Assembly (NCBI GenBank): GCA_025356475.1
Contig: JANXSX010000158.1
Coordinates: forward strand, 3,882 to 67,881
From: Isosphaeraceae bacterium
Lineage (GTDB): Bacteria > Planctomycetota > Planctomycetia > Isosphaerales > Isosphaeraceae
Length of the DNA: 64,000 nt
Direction: 5' to 3'
A program made the position numbers and the translations under genes. Positions 52,549 through 63,600 of the stretch are shown here, piece after piece. The notes beneath the pieces were generated by a model that was not told the origin of the DNA, made no database searches, and saw only the letters and a list, made by a program, of their open reading frames with translations. The stretch's first letter is position 1. Each line of letters opens with the position of its first letter.

Positions 52549-53653
52549 ATGGACATCGAATTGAAGCGGTCGGCAAAGGCTGTGATTGAGCAGATCGTTC
52601 AACTTCGAGACTCTCTTTGACTTGGGCGACAAGCAAGAGCGCCGCGATGAACTCAACGAAATCATGGCGGGGTCTGACTTCTGGAACGATCAGGAGAAGG
52701 CGAAGGCCGTTATCGCAGAGCTAAAACTGCTCAACGATGTTCTCAAGCCATTCGAGGCCCTAGTCGCCCAATCGGACGACCTGACGGCGCTCGTCGAACT
52801 GGCCGATGAGATCGGGGATGAATCGTTCGACGAGGAACTCCGCGCTGCGGTCGGGAAAGGTAAGGGGGACTTCGAGGCTTTCGAACTCCGGTCGATGCTG
52901 AGTGGCCCCAATGATCACTGCCACGTTTTCCTCACGGTTCACGCTGGCGCGGGGGGTACCGAAGCTTGCGACTGGGCAGAAATGCTCTTGCGCATGTATC
53001 TGATGTGGGCGGAGACCAAGGGCTTCGCAACCCAGATCACGGACCGCGAAGATGGTGGGGCCGCAGGAATCCAAACGGCTACGATCCACATTAAAGGTGA
53101 ATACGCCTACGGCTACCTCCGCTGCGAAAGCGGCGTGCATCGTCTGGTCCGGATCAGCCCATACGACTCCGCAGGGCGACGTCAGACCTCGTTCGCATCG
53201 GTCGATGTTCTCCCCGAGATCGACGACTCCATCGATATCGTCTTGCGTGACGATGAACTCAAGCGAGACGTATTTCGGTCGGGAGGGCCTGGTGGCCAAC
53301 ACCAGAACAAGACCGAGTCGGGGGTGAGATATACTCACTTGCCAACGGGTGTCGCTGCTGAGAGTCGCTCCGAGCGTTCCCAACATAAGAACGACGCGAA
53401 TGCCCTGGTCCAACTCAAGGCTAAGCTCGTTCGACTTGAGGAACAAAAACGCGAAGCCGATTTTGCCAAAGTCTACGACGAAAAAGGTGAGATCAGCTTC
53501 GGTAGTCAAATTCGCTCTTACGTGTTGCAACCCTACCAGCTTGTCAAGGACATGAGGACCGATCATGAGGTCGGCAATCCTCGCGCTGTTCTTGACGGCG
53601 GGCTCGATGGGTTCATCAATTCCTACTTGCGTATGAAGCTTGCCAAAGGCTAG
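52549..53653 (+). CDS. prfB: Peptide chain release factor 2, requires programmed +1 ribosomal frameshift: join(52549..52617,52619..53653)
   Basis: Frame 0 reads MDIELKRSAKAVIEQIVQLRDSL then TGA (52618-52620), in the context CTT TGA C. The +1 frame continues as DLGDKQERRDELN, which aligns with E. coli LRGYL/DYDAKKERLEEVN. The GGQ motif (GPGGQHQN) and the SPF-equivalent motif (SPY) are present. An alternative in-frame ATG lies at 52537. Confidence 0.93.
52615..52621 (+). other. prfB: Programmed +1 frameshift (recoding) site of prfB: CTT TGA C
   Basis: The heptamer CTTTGAC is identical to the classical RF2 autoregulatory shift site. The ORF track shows only the downstream +1 frame ORF (52586..53653). 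Confidence 0.9.
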
Positions 53654-53664
53654 GCCAGCGAGAA

Positions 53665-54279
53665 GTGAGCACGATGTCCGCCTTCACACTTGAAACTCAG
53701 ACCGACGTTCGAACAATTCGCGCTCCTGGGAGCACATGGACCTTTCGGCACCGCGCTGATCGGTGGCTCCATGAGTTCGGTTTCGGAGCTGGCGATCCGT
53801 TCGCTTCTAGCGTGGAGGCCGACCCCGCCACGCCCGACGCTAACCCTGCCGAGATCTTGAGCCCGACATTCCAGGAAATCCAGTGGCATCCTGAAATCGC
53901 ACCCAAGGCCCGCGCTCTTCTGACCGGACAGGCGACCTATCATCACTTCTCCGCAGTTGTTGCGGCGGTCATTCGCCCCGATGGTCTGTTGGAGTGGGAG
54001 ATTGATGTCGCCGACCGTTGCCGAGGCGAGATTTCTGTCCTAACATCCACGTACCTGCTGAACGCTTCGTCCTCCGACCTGATCGACGCCTCACCGGATC
54101 GGATCGCCTGGAACCACCCCAAGGGACGGATCGATCTGAACGTCAGCTTGGGCGCAACCCTTGCGTTGACCGAGGCTGGGCGGAGGACGACTCGCCTACA
54201 GATCATGGCCAAGATCGATCCTCGGTCGAACACCCAGCGCTATATCTACCGATGGCGATGGACCCCGACCAGCATCTAA
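53665..54279 (+). CDS. Hypothetical protein (204 aa)
   Basis: This ORF lies between prfB and glyA on the same strand, 11 nt after the prfB stop. I recognised no motif. Confidence 0.5.
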   Translation: MSTMSAFTLETQTDVRTIRAPGSTWTFRHRADRWLHEFGFGAGDPFASSVEADPATPDANPAEILSPTFQEIQWHPEIAPKARALLTGQATYHHFSAVVAAVIRPDGLLEWEIDVADRCRGEISVLTSTYLLNASSSDLIDASPDRIAWNHPKGRIDLNVSLGATLALTEAGRRTTRLQIMAKIDPRSNTQRYIYRWRWTPTSI

Positions 54280-54304
54280 GACTCGACCGATCCTGGAGCA
54301 TCGC

Positions 54305-55564
54305 ATGGACTTTTTGAAAGACTCTGACCCGAGCGTCTTTGAGGCCATTTGTCTCGAAGAAGAACGCCAGCGAGACGAACTCGAACTGATCGCCTCCGAG
54401 AACTACACCAGTCCCGCCGTCATGGAGGCGGTCGGATCGGTGTTAACCAACAAGTACGCCGAGGGCTTGCCCGGCAGGCGTTACTACGGCGGTTGCACGC
54501 ATGTCGATACGGTTGAGCGTCTGGCGATCGAACGGGCCAAGCAGTTGTTTGGTGCCGATCACGTCAACGTCCAGCCGCACGCGGGGGCGACCGCCAATCA
54601 GGCCGTCTACTACGCGGCGTTGGAGATCGGCGATAAGGTCCTCGGCATGGATCTCGCCCAAGGTGGCCACCTCACTCACGGGATGAAGCTCAACTTTTCG
54701 GGTCGGTGGTACCCCACGATCAGCTACGGACTTGATCCCAAGACGGAGCGGATCGATTACGACGGAATCGTTCGGCTGGCGCGCGAGCATAAGCCGAAGT
54801 TGATCCTCGCCGGTGCGAGCGCTCATCCCCGAATCATTGACTTCGCACGTATTGCCGAAGTTGCTCGCGAAGTCGGTTCGATCTTCATGGTCGACATGGC
54901 CCACATTGCAGGACTCGTCGCTGGCGGGCACCACCCGAATCCGGTTCCGGTCGCCGACTTCGTGACGACGACAACGCACAAAACGTTGCGGGGTCCTCGC
55001 GGTGGAATCGCGATGTGCAGAGCCGATTGGGCCAAAAAGCTCGATTCGGCGGTCTTCCCTGGTCTTCAGGGGGGGCCATTAATGCATGTGATCGCTGGCA
55101 AGGCGGTTTGTTTCGGGGAAGCCCTCCGCCCAGACTTCAAGGCTTATGGCGCTCAGGTGATCGCCAACGCCAAGGTGCTTGCCGAAGAACTCATGTCTGC
55201 CGGATTCCGGCTTGTGAGTGGTGGTACCGACAATCACTTGATCCTCATCGACATGACGTCCAAGGGATTGACTGGTAAAATCGCCGAAGTGGCACTCGGT
55301 CGCGCGGGGATCACAGTCAATAAAAATCTCATACCGTTCGACACCCGGAAGCCCTTGGATCCGAGCGGAATCCGCATGGGAACCGCCGCGTTAACCACTC
55401 GCGGACTCCGTGAAGATGCCTTCAAGCAAGTCGCTTCTTGGATTGTTCGGATCCTCGACGCCGCCGACGATAAGGTCTTGGCAGAACGAACTAGGCTTGA
55501 GATCGTCGAATTTGCCCGCTATTATCCTGTGCCTGCCGATGCCCTTAGCGGTATAGGCTCCTGA
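54305..55564 (+). CDS. glyA: Serine hydroxymethyltransferase
   Basis: Motifs are [46 protein letters not shown] and [14 protein letters not shown] (the PLP lysine). Confidence 0.95.
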   Translation: MDFLKDSDPSVFEAICLEEERQRDELELIASENYTSPAVMEAVGSVLTNKYAEGLPGRRYYGGCTHVDTVERLAIERAKQLFGADHVNVQPHAGATANQAVYYAALEIGDKVLGMDLAQGGHLTHGMKLNFSGRWYPTISYGLDPKTERIDYDGIVRLAREHKPKLILAGASAHPRIIDFARIAEVAREVGSIFMVDMAHIAGLVAGGHHPNPVPVADFVTTTTHKTLRGPRGGIAMCRADWAKKLDSAVFPGLQGGPLMHVIAGKAVCFGEALRPDFKAYGAQVIANAKVLAEELMSAGFRLVSGGTDNHLILIDMTSKGLTGKIAEVALGRAGITVNKNLIPFDTRKPLDPSGIRMGTAALTTRGLREDAFKQVASWIVRILDAADDKVLAERTRLEIVEFARYYPVPADALSGIGS

Positions 55565-55619
55565 GTTTCGACCGATTTGATTCCCTGGCGAGTTCGAATC
55601 TTAGCGGATTCGCAATGGA

Positions 55620-57491
55620 TCAAGACGAAGACTTCACCACCTGGTAAACCCCGTACTGGCCTTCGCGATGGATCAGTTGCAAGGGATTCGCTGAGTCCGT
55701 TGGTCCACGCGACTGCCAGGTTGCAATCACATACTCAGCTCCTTGCCTTCGGGCGAGGTTTGCAAGTTTCTGGTCCGACATGGCCTCATATCTCGACTCA
55801 AAGCCATGTCGATCGGACTGGTAAGCTTTCACGAACTGACTAGTTGAGCCGACGAAGCCGACATGGTCGCGGTATCGACCTGCCCAGTCCGCAAGTCCAG
55901 ACGCGTGATAGGGGCTACCCGCTCGATTAAATGCCAGGCTCCGTTCGGACCAAAGTCGGAACGTCTTGGGTCCGGGCGGACCGACGAACAAGGCATCTTT
56001 GGAGGTATGTTCACGGCACCACACGGCCAGGCGTTCGATATCGTCGACCGGAATAGCCGCGAACCGCCATCGGAAGGCAAGCGGATCCGCCAGTTTGGCC
56101 GGTAGGATCGGGGCGAGTAGGGCCAGGACAGGTGCAGCCCAAGCTGAGATCATGGCAAGCCGCAATCGCCGAGGGGTCCAGTCGATCGAGTGCCGAAGAA
56201 TCGTGAAATGCGCCACGACGGTGAGTGCGATCGCTGCAAGAATTGGCCAGTGGGCCGACTCTGTGTCGTTGAGTGAGAGGAAGAAGAGTCCCCAGGCAAA
56301 GGCCGCCACGCCCAGCCAATCGGATTGAACGAGTCGAAGGGCGAAGACGACCTCGACACAGGCGGTGACTGCCATCGCCCGATCGCCCATGAGGCCGGCT
56401 GCCAACAATACCGCTCGCCCTCGGGGAATCAACTCTCTTGTCTGCCAGAGGTCATACACATGTCCAGATATCAGTACGATCGCGAGTCCTCGAGCGAGGG
56501 TCGCCATCCGAAACGGTTGAAAGATGGTGAGTCGAAGGTCGTGAATCTGTTCGATACCAATGTAGGCCAGCAAGAGCCAGGCAAGGGTGACGGCGATCAA
56601 TGCCAAGAGTCGTTGCTTCGGGCCACTCGTAGGCTCGTGTTGACTGACTTTGTCTAACGATGGGCTGAACCAAGCAACCCCTGCAACTACGAAGTAAGCA
56701 ACCCACGCATACCATTGGGGTGCTCGCCAGAGATGAGGCATCATATGCTGTGGACTCTGCAAATCAACGCTGACCATCCGAAATTCTTCGACGGACATCC
56801 CTTGCATAAGTGTTGCTGACGACCCTCCGAAGTAGAGCAGTGTCGGGATGAGTGCCAGACTTAGGGTGAACAGACCAAGTACGCACGACCGGCGTGAGCA
56901 GAGCCCCGCCATCGCCCATACGAGCCAGCACATGGCGAGATTGGCCGCGAATTGGAAGCCGAGCGAAGGGTGAATCAGCCCGGCCAGCCCGATCCAAGCG
57001 GCTGCCGACCAGGCAGAGCGAGGGGGATTCTCGACCATGTCGGCGATCGCTGTCCACCCAAGTGCGAAGGCCATCAGGCGGTCGAGGAGCATAGCCTCAA
57101 AGAGGTGATTGGTGCCGATATTCCCGGCTTTGGCGAAGAGCAAGAGGCTAACAGCGAGCCATCCCACCCCATTACGATCTGGCCACACGCAGCGTGTCAG
57201 GCGATCGACGCCGAGGCAAGTCCCAGCAAATGTCAATGTGAAGAGCGCAAAGAGTCCGACAGATATCCCGAGTGGACGGCTCGCCAAACCCAAGAGGGCG
57301 AGGCTTCCTTTGTGGGGATTAAACGTGTCGAACGCCTTCACAAAGGGGTCGACCGCGTAGAGAGTAGGGTCCTGTTGATGGAGCAACAGGGGGAGCCGGT
57401 GCGCTTGGTCACCGTCCCGACTATGGTAGCCGCGTAAGGTCAGATAAAGCCCGAAAATCAGCAGTAGGACAAGCGGTCGAGACACTCGCAT
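55620..57491 (-). CDS. Large polytopic membrane protein with C-terminal soluble domain (function unknown; GT-C-like topology possible)
   Basis: This 623-aa protein has more than 10 hydrophobic helices over about 430 aa. A soluble tail follows (VDDIERLAVWCREHTSKDALFVGPPGPKTFRLWSERSLAFNRAGSPY...). I recognised no catalytic motif. Confidence 0.6.
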   Translation of the reverse strand: MRVSRPLVLLLIFGLYLTLRGYHSRDGDQAHRLPLLLHQQDPTLYAVDPFVKAFDTFNPHKGSLALLGLASRPLGISVGLFALFTLTFAGTCLGVDRLTRCVWPDRNGVGWLAVSLLLFAKAGNIGTNHLFEAMLLDRLMAFALGWTAIADMVENPPRSAWSAAAWIGLAGLIHPSLGFQFAANLAMCWLVWAMAGLCSRRSCVLGLFTLSLALIPTLLYFGGSSATLMQGMSVEEFRMVSVDLQSPQHMMPHLWRAPQWYAWVAYFVVAGVAWFSPSLDKVSQHEPTSGPKQRLLALIAVTLAWLLLAYIGIEQIHDLRLTIFQPFRMATLARGLAIVLISGHVYDLWQTRELIPRGRAVLLAAGLMGDRAMAVTACVEVVFALRLVQSDWLGVAAFAWGLFFLSLNDTESAHWPILAAIALTVVAHFTILRHSIDWTPRRLRLAMISAWAAPVLALLAPILPAKLADPLAFRWRFAAIPVDDIERLAVWCREHTSKDALFVGPPGPKTFRLWSERSLAFNRAGSPYHASGLADWAGRYRDHVGFVGSTSQFVKAYQSDRHGFESRYEAMSDQKLANLARRQGAEYVIATWQSRGPTDSANPLQLIHREGQYGVYQVVKSSS

Positions 57492-57565
57492 GAATGGGGA
57501 CTCCGGTCTTCTGGGAAATTAGTATATCCCAGGGGTTGCGAGTCTGCCCACTTTCTCAGTGATGG

Positions 57566-58300
57566 TCAACGCGATTCGGGTTTGATGAAACCCTCTAGTT
57601 GTTGGCGGACCTCGCGAAGCTCCTCGGCTAGCTTATCTTCATCGCTCTTACTGGGGATCGCCAGTCGGGGTGCGTCTTCACCTGCCCGAGCCGTTTCGGT
57701 GTCAGCCTTCAGGGTCGCTCCTTCAACGTCGGTCGGACGCGAACCGCCAGGTGGCCTCAGACCGCGTGTCTGAACCCGTTCCACTAAGATTTGGACAGGC
57801 TGAGAGTTCCAGATTTTGGTTGCTGGATGATATTGCTCGTTCAAGGCCAATGCCTGAGACGATTTTACTTGCTCGTCAGCCCAGTCAACTCCTTTTGCCC
57901 ATCCTGACCCGTAGTCATTGATACCGGCGGTTAGGAAGGCGACAGTGATCGCCCCTTTGGCCCCACCGAGCAGGAAGCCGCCGAACTGATCTGCCCGGCT
58001 CGGCTCGAATTCACCAAACGAACGACGCCTGGACATCTTGATCGCGAGTGAAGCGAGCCCCACCATGATGAGGTAGGAGCTGATCGCGGAGGTCCACCAG
58101 AGCAGGCGATCGAGGAAGATCGGGGGGATGCTTCCGAGATGTTTAGCGACGTAAGGCTTTGCCAGGTCACGGACTGGGTCAGCCAGGTAAATTCCTCCGA
58201 CGAGGCCGCCTAGACGAACCGCCTGAAGGATAAAGCCACGCATCCAGCCTCGCGTGGCGGAAATCAGGATCATGATGCCGAGCGCGATGTCCAATCCCAT
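57566..58300 (-). CDS. cvpA: CvpA-family membrane protein
   Basis: The N-terminus DIALGIMILISATRGWMRGFILQAVRLGGLVGGIYLA matches the CvpA pattern. It has four TM helices and then a charged C-terminal tail. Confidence 0.7.
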   Translation of the reverse strand: MGLDIALGIMILISATRGWMRGFILQAVRLGGLVGGIYLADPVRDLAKPYVAKHLGSIPPIFLDRLLWWTSAISSYLIMVGLASLAIKMSRRRSFGEFEPSRADQFGGFLLGGAKGAITVAFLTAGINDYGSGWAKGVDWADEQVKSSQALALNEQYHPATKIWNSQPVQILVERVQTRGLRPPGGSRPTDVEGATLKADTETARAGEDAPRLAIPSKSDEDKLAEELREVRQQLEGFIKPESR

Positions 58301-58527
58301 GACCAGTGCCCCTCAACAGTCGACCGCGACGACTTTATCATGTTGCCTAGCTCGTGATTCGCTGACCGAAGTGGATTCTTGGCCAAAATCGCCCATTCGT
58401 ATCCAACTCATCGACACGGGGAGACGAGAACTTGAGCCAACCCCTGATTTGTGCCAAACAGCCATGACTTGAATTTCTAATAACGATTCAGTTCGCGTAG
58501 GGCTAAAGTAAGCCGGACGCCCAAGTA

Positions 58528-59367
58528 TTAACTGTAGCCACAGGCTTTCAAGTGAGCCACACTCCGCGCAACACGGTCGTGTCTTGCCCTGAGCCCCGGT
58601 TCGTCTTCACCACCAATCCCCTCGATCTCGATCGTATATGCCCCTTGATAGCCGACATCATCAAGGATGGTCCGGATTTCGACGAAGTCCACAGCTCCAC
58701 CTTCACCTAACGCTGGGAAGTACCAATCTTCAAGACCGCCTCGATTGTCTTTGACATGAACATTCTTGACAAAGTGCTTAACCTGCTTGAGCTGATCAAC
58801 TGGATCGACACCTTGATTGTAGTAGGCGATGTTTCCGGTGTCAAAGTTGAGTTGCACTGAGGGATGATCAAGTTCTGCCATGAGGGCCAGCATCGCCGCC
58901 GCATTCTGTGTCGGACCCTTATGGGTCTCGAGTGCAATCACAAGGTCAAGCGATGCCGCGAGATCACCGAGCCTCTTCAGGTGCTGAATCACAGTGTTCC
59001 GTTCTTGAAGAGTCTCAGGTTGGCCCGCACCCGAGACAACCAACCCAATACCAAACCACTTCTTGGCGAATCGTATCCTGCGCTCGGTCAGTTCCACACC
59101 TTCAATGGTGCGGATATCCGCGCCGCCTACATTGCATCCACTGATCTTGACATCGTGCTTCTTGAGTAGAGCGATAAACGCGGAGGCAGTCGCATCGTCG
59201 GCCTTCTCCGTAATCACGGCTGATTCCGGGATGACGAGTCCGCCGTAGTTGTGTCCACGCAGAGCCAGTTCCAGGTGATCAATGCCCGCAGAACGAATGT
59301 GCTCAACCGCCGCACGAACGCCTTCCGGACCATAACAGTTCGTGAAACAACTGATGATCCGGCTCAT
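58528..59367 (-). CDS. Sugar phosphate isomerase/epimerase (xylose isomerase-like TIM barrel)
   Basis: The family layout is present: GIDHLEL, IALETHKG, NFDTGN, VHVKD and TIEIEG. The start overlaps the rnd stop (ATGA). Confidence 0.85.
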   Translation of the reverse strand: MSRIISCFTNCYGPEGVRAAVEHIRSAGIDHLELALRGHNYGGLVIPESAVITEKADDATASAFIALLKKHDVKISGCNVGGADIRTIEGVELTERRIRFAKKWFGIGLVVSGAGQPETLQERNTVIQHLKRLGDLAASLDLVIALETHKGPTQNAAAMLALMAELDHPSVQLNFDTGNIAYYNQGVDPVDQLKQVKHFVKNVHVKDNRGGLEDWYFPALGEGGAVDFVEIRTILDDVGYQGAYTIEIEGIGGEDEPGLRARHDRVARSVAHLKACGYS

Positions 59368-60575
59368 GACTTTGACTCCACATTTGTGATCGGGTCGAGT
59401 GCGACCGGGACATCGGCCTCTGGATCGACCACGCGGAGCGATCGCTTGCCCGAAAGAACATCCAGCAAGGTCTTCCCACAGACTTCCGCTCGCCAGTCGG
59501 TCAGGATTCGGGGCAGGTGATCTTGATTCTCGCAGTCAATGTGCCAACGGACGAGTTCCTTCAGATCACTACTTGTCCCAACCATCGAGACCGCGATCTT
59601 ATGCTCGATGGCACATCGCGAAAGCGTGGCTGCGAGCAGGCTGATGACCATGGCCAGCCCAGGCCCTTCTTCGTGCCGTTCCGCATGTTCCGGAAGTTGA
59701 TCGGCAGGCACCGCCTGTGCCTCCTCGATCAGGCTCAGGAAGTCTTCGGAGCGGGCGATCAGGTGAGGGCGATTGAAGTCGCGGAGCGCTTCGAGGTCTC
59801 GTCTCGAGGTCGGCTGGCGCTTCGCAATCGCAACGAGTAGGTCATCACGCAAGAGGTTGCGAAGCGGGCGGTTCGTCCGTTTTGCATCATGTTGACGCCA
59901 CTCCGCAATCCGCCGTGCGATCTCCAGACCGCGTCTGTTGAGCGTATGAAGGCCTGAGAGTTTCCGCCAACGATCATCCTCATTACGGGAGGCAATATCG
60001 CCGAGAAACGACGCGAGCTCGGTTTCGGCCCAAGCTTCACGCCCCATCTGCTTGAGCTGTTCTTTGAGTTGATCGGCAATGTCTAGGAGGTATCGAACGT
60101 CGTCGAGTGCGTACCGAAGCTGTCCAGAACTGAGTGGGCGCCGCCGCCAATCGGTCCGCGTCTCGCCACCACTCAGGATCGCCTGAACCGTCTGGGCCGC
60201 GAGGTTTCCCAGTGAGAGCGGATAGCTGAATCCGACCAGCCCGGCAACGATCTGCACGTCAAAGATCTTGGCCGGGACGCGCCCTGTCTGAAATCGACAG
60301 ATCCTCAAATCTTCTCCCGCAGCGTGCATCACGACTTCGATCGCAGGGTCGGTCACGACATCCCAGAACGGATTCATGTCGTGGATCGCCAGCGGGTCGA
60401 TCACCGCAAGTTGCTCATCGGTGGCAACCTGGACGAGGCAGAGAACGGGCTCGTAGGTATCTTCGGAGACGAACTCGGTGTCGAAGGCGAATCGACCTCG
60501 TGAGCGAACGTGAGCCATCAAATGGTCAAGTTCAACCGATGTTGTGACCAGCGGAATTTGGAAGTCATCGGACAT
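59364..60575 (-). CDS. rnd: Ribonuclease D (DEDD 3'-5' exonuclease + HRDC)
   Basis: The exonuclease motifs are FAFDTEFVSEDTYEPVLCLVQVA, VMHAAGEDL and YALDDVRYL. An HRDC-like region lies downstream. The track ORF starts at a TTG at 60602, and I prefer the ATG at 60575 (MSDDFQIP). Confidence 0.88.
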   Translation of the reverse strand: MSDDFQIPLVTTSVELDHLMAHVRSRGRFAFDTEFVSEDTYEPVLCLVQVATDEQLAVIDPLAIHDMNPFWDVVTDPAIEVVMHAAGEDLRICRFQTGRVPAKIFDVQIVAGLVGFSYPLSLGNLAAQTVQAILSGGETRTDWRRRPLSSGQLRYALDDVRYLLDIADQLKEQLKQMGREAWAETELASFLGDIASRNEDDRWRKLSGLHTLNRRGLEIARRIAEWRQHDAKRTNRPLRNLLRDDLLVAIAKRQPTSRRDLEALRDFNRPHLIARSEDFLSLIEEAQAVPADQLPEHAERHEEGPGLAMVISLLAATLSRCAIEHKIAVSMVGTSSDLKELVRWHIDCENQDHLPRILTDWRAEVCGKTLLDVLSGKRSLRVVDPEADVPVALDPITNVESKS

Positions 60576-60677
60576 CGTGGATCCGCCTGAGACGAGAATC
60601 AAGGGTACATGGGATTATGTGCCATGATTCCGAATCAAGCAAGGCGCAGACCCAAACTCCCCATAACTCAGCCGGCC

Positions 60678-63600
60678 TCAGGGACTTCCATATAAGACAT
60701 ATCCTGCCCAGTGGACAGGGTCGGCAAACTTCGGGTTCCTAGCCAGTGTCTCTCTCGCGTTGACGAGGGATTCGCCTGGGCGAAGTCCCTCGATCAGTCC
60801 GCGTTGAAGTTCGTCGATCATGATGGGGGCGGACGCGTCCGGCGGCTTCCAAAGCGGGAGGACGACCGCCGCAGAGCCCGTAAGAATCGCTCCGTGGGCG
60901 AATTGCTCCAGAGACCGGCCGGACGTGAGTTCGCCCCGAGAAGGATCAACCCCGGCGACGATCAGAGTTCGCGTTCTGATGGCTCGATCGTTGAAGCTGC
61001 CCGATCGGAGTTGAACGGACTCCGTCCCAGATTCGGATGAGTTGAGGACCGAATTTCGACCCATGAATGCAGAAAGGGTCGTCGACTCCAGTGATCCAGC
61101 CTCGACCCGCAGCCCATTTGTCCCCGCGAGTTCCTTCCAAGCTGCCATTGTCGATCGATCTATCCCTGGGACGGACGAGTCATCGTTGGGTAGGCCCACC
61201 GATTTGCTGGGAATCATAGGCCTAGGCCGAGTGAGGAGGAGGTCAAGCGACGTTGCGCGTGAGAGTTCGTACCGTCGATAGAGGCGTCGTTCCCTCCCGG
61301 TGACTTCGACCGGCATGGCACTCAGCGACTCGTCCAGAACCAGGGTCAGCCGAGAGACCCCGATCAATCCCGCATTGAATCGACTGATCAGCACATCGTC
61401 GAGCAGGGACTCCCAACTATAGGGTAAACCCGGAGGTTTTGGCCCTGCTCCCGTGAGTTCGGGTTCAGGCGCTAGCGGCCCAAGCGGGAGGTCATCCGCA
61501 GGAGACCGGTAATCGGCGAGGCCCCGACCTCCGTCTCCGAGTCTGCTTCGCCAGGTCCGGACGATCCGATCGAGTTCTAGGCGTCCGAGCGTAATTCGAC
61601 CCACTTCGAGTGGCTGACCGCCTCGAATCAAGAAACCAACGAGTGATGTGTTACTCACAACAGTGAACGCCAAAATCGCCTCGGTCGGCCCGAGCTTGAA
61701 CTCGCTCGGATCGAGACCAACGTGTGGGTCGGGCCGATGGGTGGCCACGGCCAGAGCGTGAAGGGGCCGGTTCGCTGCGAGTTCGATGCGGATCAAGCCC
61801 CGCTCCGTCCTTGCGACAACTGCAGGCTGGTTGCTTTGCATCGCAGCTCGGTACGCTTTCGTGGCCTCGGCGGTCAGGTCGAGCTTCTCCAAAATTTCGG
61901 CACGTTCCAGGTTGGCAAGGGCCGCTAGGTTGATGTTTCCGGCGTGACGGTGAAGGTCGGCGGCTCGAAGGAGAGGTTCGATCGCCAGTCGGCGGTTTGT
62001 CCCGGTGGCGAGCCTTCGGCCTTCGGAATGAGGGTCGTCACTCGGTTCGACGACCAGGTTGGCTCGGCTACGGACCGTGACGCGGGCGAGGTTCCATTCA
62101 GCGTCTCCTGGTCGAGCTCGATCCAGAGCCTCAATTGCGGACGACCAATCTCCCGAGGACGCGGCGGCCACCGCAATCCGAAGTCGGTTGGATCGAGCAA
62201 GGTTCTTGTGTTCACCAGTTGGGATGTGATTGAGGACAGCGAGCGCCTTTTGCTGGGCTTCACCAAGGTTGCCGCGAGCCAGAGCCACTTGCGATTGGAG
62301 ATTGAGCCAATCCAGCGACTCCGCTATCACAGGATCGGAATTTGCGAGCCCAATGATCCGCTCGAGACGTTGCTCCGCCTGGGTGATCTTACCCTCCGCT
62401 AGATCATTGGCAATGAGCAGTGCCTGGGCAATCAACCGAGTCCGCGTTGCATGCGTAGAGGTGTTCATCGTCGCTAGGAACTCATCAATCACAATGCGTG
62501 CGCGGGTGGGGTCGCCTGTTCGATTGGTGTCGGGATCAGGGGTCAGCAACACGGCTTTCCAAAGCATGATGTCGGCTGATCTGTCGTGCAGGCCAACGAT
62601 TTCGAAGCTCGCCTGGGCGCTGTCGAGCGTCTTGATTACGGTCTCAATAGACCGCCCTGCATTTTGTTCGCTACTCGCTCGAAGTGCGGCCACTTCGGCG
62701 GCAGCGTGTCGGTCCAAGCCTGGGTCGGCTTCAAGGATTCTGATCAGTCCAGTGAGATCGGTAGTCGGGTCGCGATCAAGGCGCTTGCGAGCCTCGTCAA
62801 GTTTCCGGGCCAAGGCTTCGGGGAACTCCGCCTCGGTGGACTCGACCCGTGGACGATAAAGACGCCGCCAGGGTCGGAATGCAAGCTCAGCCGCATCGTC
62901 GAGTGAAAACTTCAGTGATCGTCTGATCAAACCCTCAGCATCAAGAACCTCAATGCGTCCTGAGTCGTCGGCGATCGCAAGGCGACGCCCCTCGGGATCG
63001 ACCGGATCAACAGAGACCACTGCCGATGTGAGAGGGAGTTCCTGCCAGAGCGAAACTGGCTTTGCCCCGTGCTCGGAACAGGGAATGATCAACAGCCGAG
63101 TCGGCAGAGCGACCGCAAGTTGACCGCCCGCTGACAGCCAGTCAAGGCCGAGAGGGCAGCCGGGAAGGGCCCAACGTCTCGGGGGCACGCGACCTGGTCG
63201 TCCTGCAATTTCGACGGATGCCTCACCTCTGGCACGTGCCAACCCTCCCTGAGGATTGATCTTCACCAGAGCATCGGTCGATGGCTTCAAGTCCGATTCG
63301 AGCTTGATCCGTTGATGATTCGCCAGGGTGACGACCCAGCCTCGATCACTGCCGACTCGGTGGATAGCAACCACACCCTGCTCTGCATTGCTCGCCTTGG
63401 CCGTTGCGGTTGGTCCGATGAGTTGGTCGGTGCCCATGAGCACATATCGGTTGATCTGCCCATTCGCATAACCCACGAGTAGTGGGCCACCCGATTCGTG
63501 ACCAGGGGCGAGGGCAGTCACATTCCCGTCCTTGTGCTGGGACAGGATCCTAGCCACGCCGTCACCGAGTTCCCAAAAAGTCAGACCCTGCAAATCGCCC

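Noticed and set aside
52760-53566. 268-aa minus-strand ORF
   Set aside because: It is antisense to prfB (RF2), which is unambiguous.
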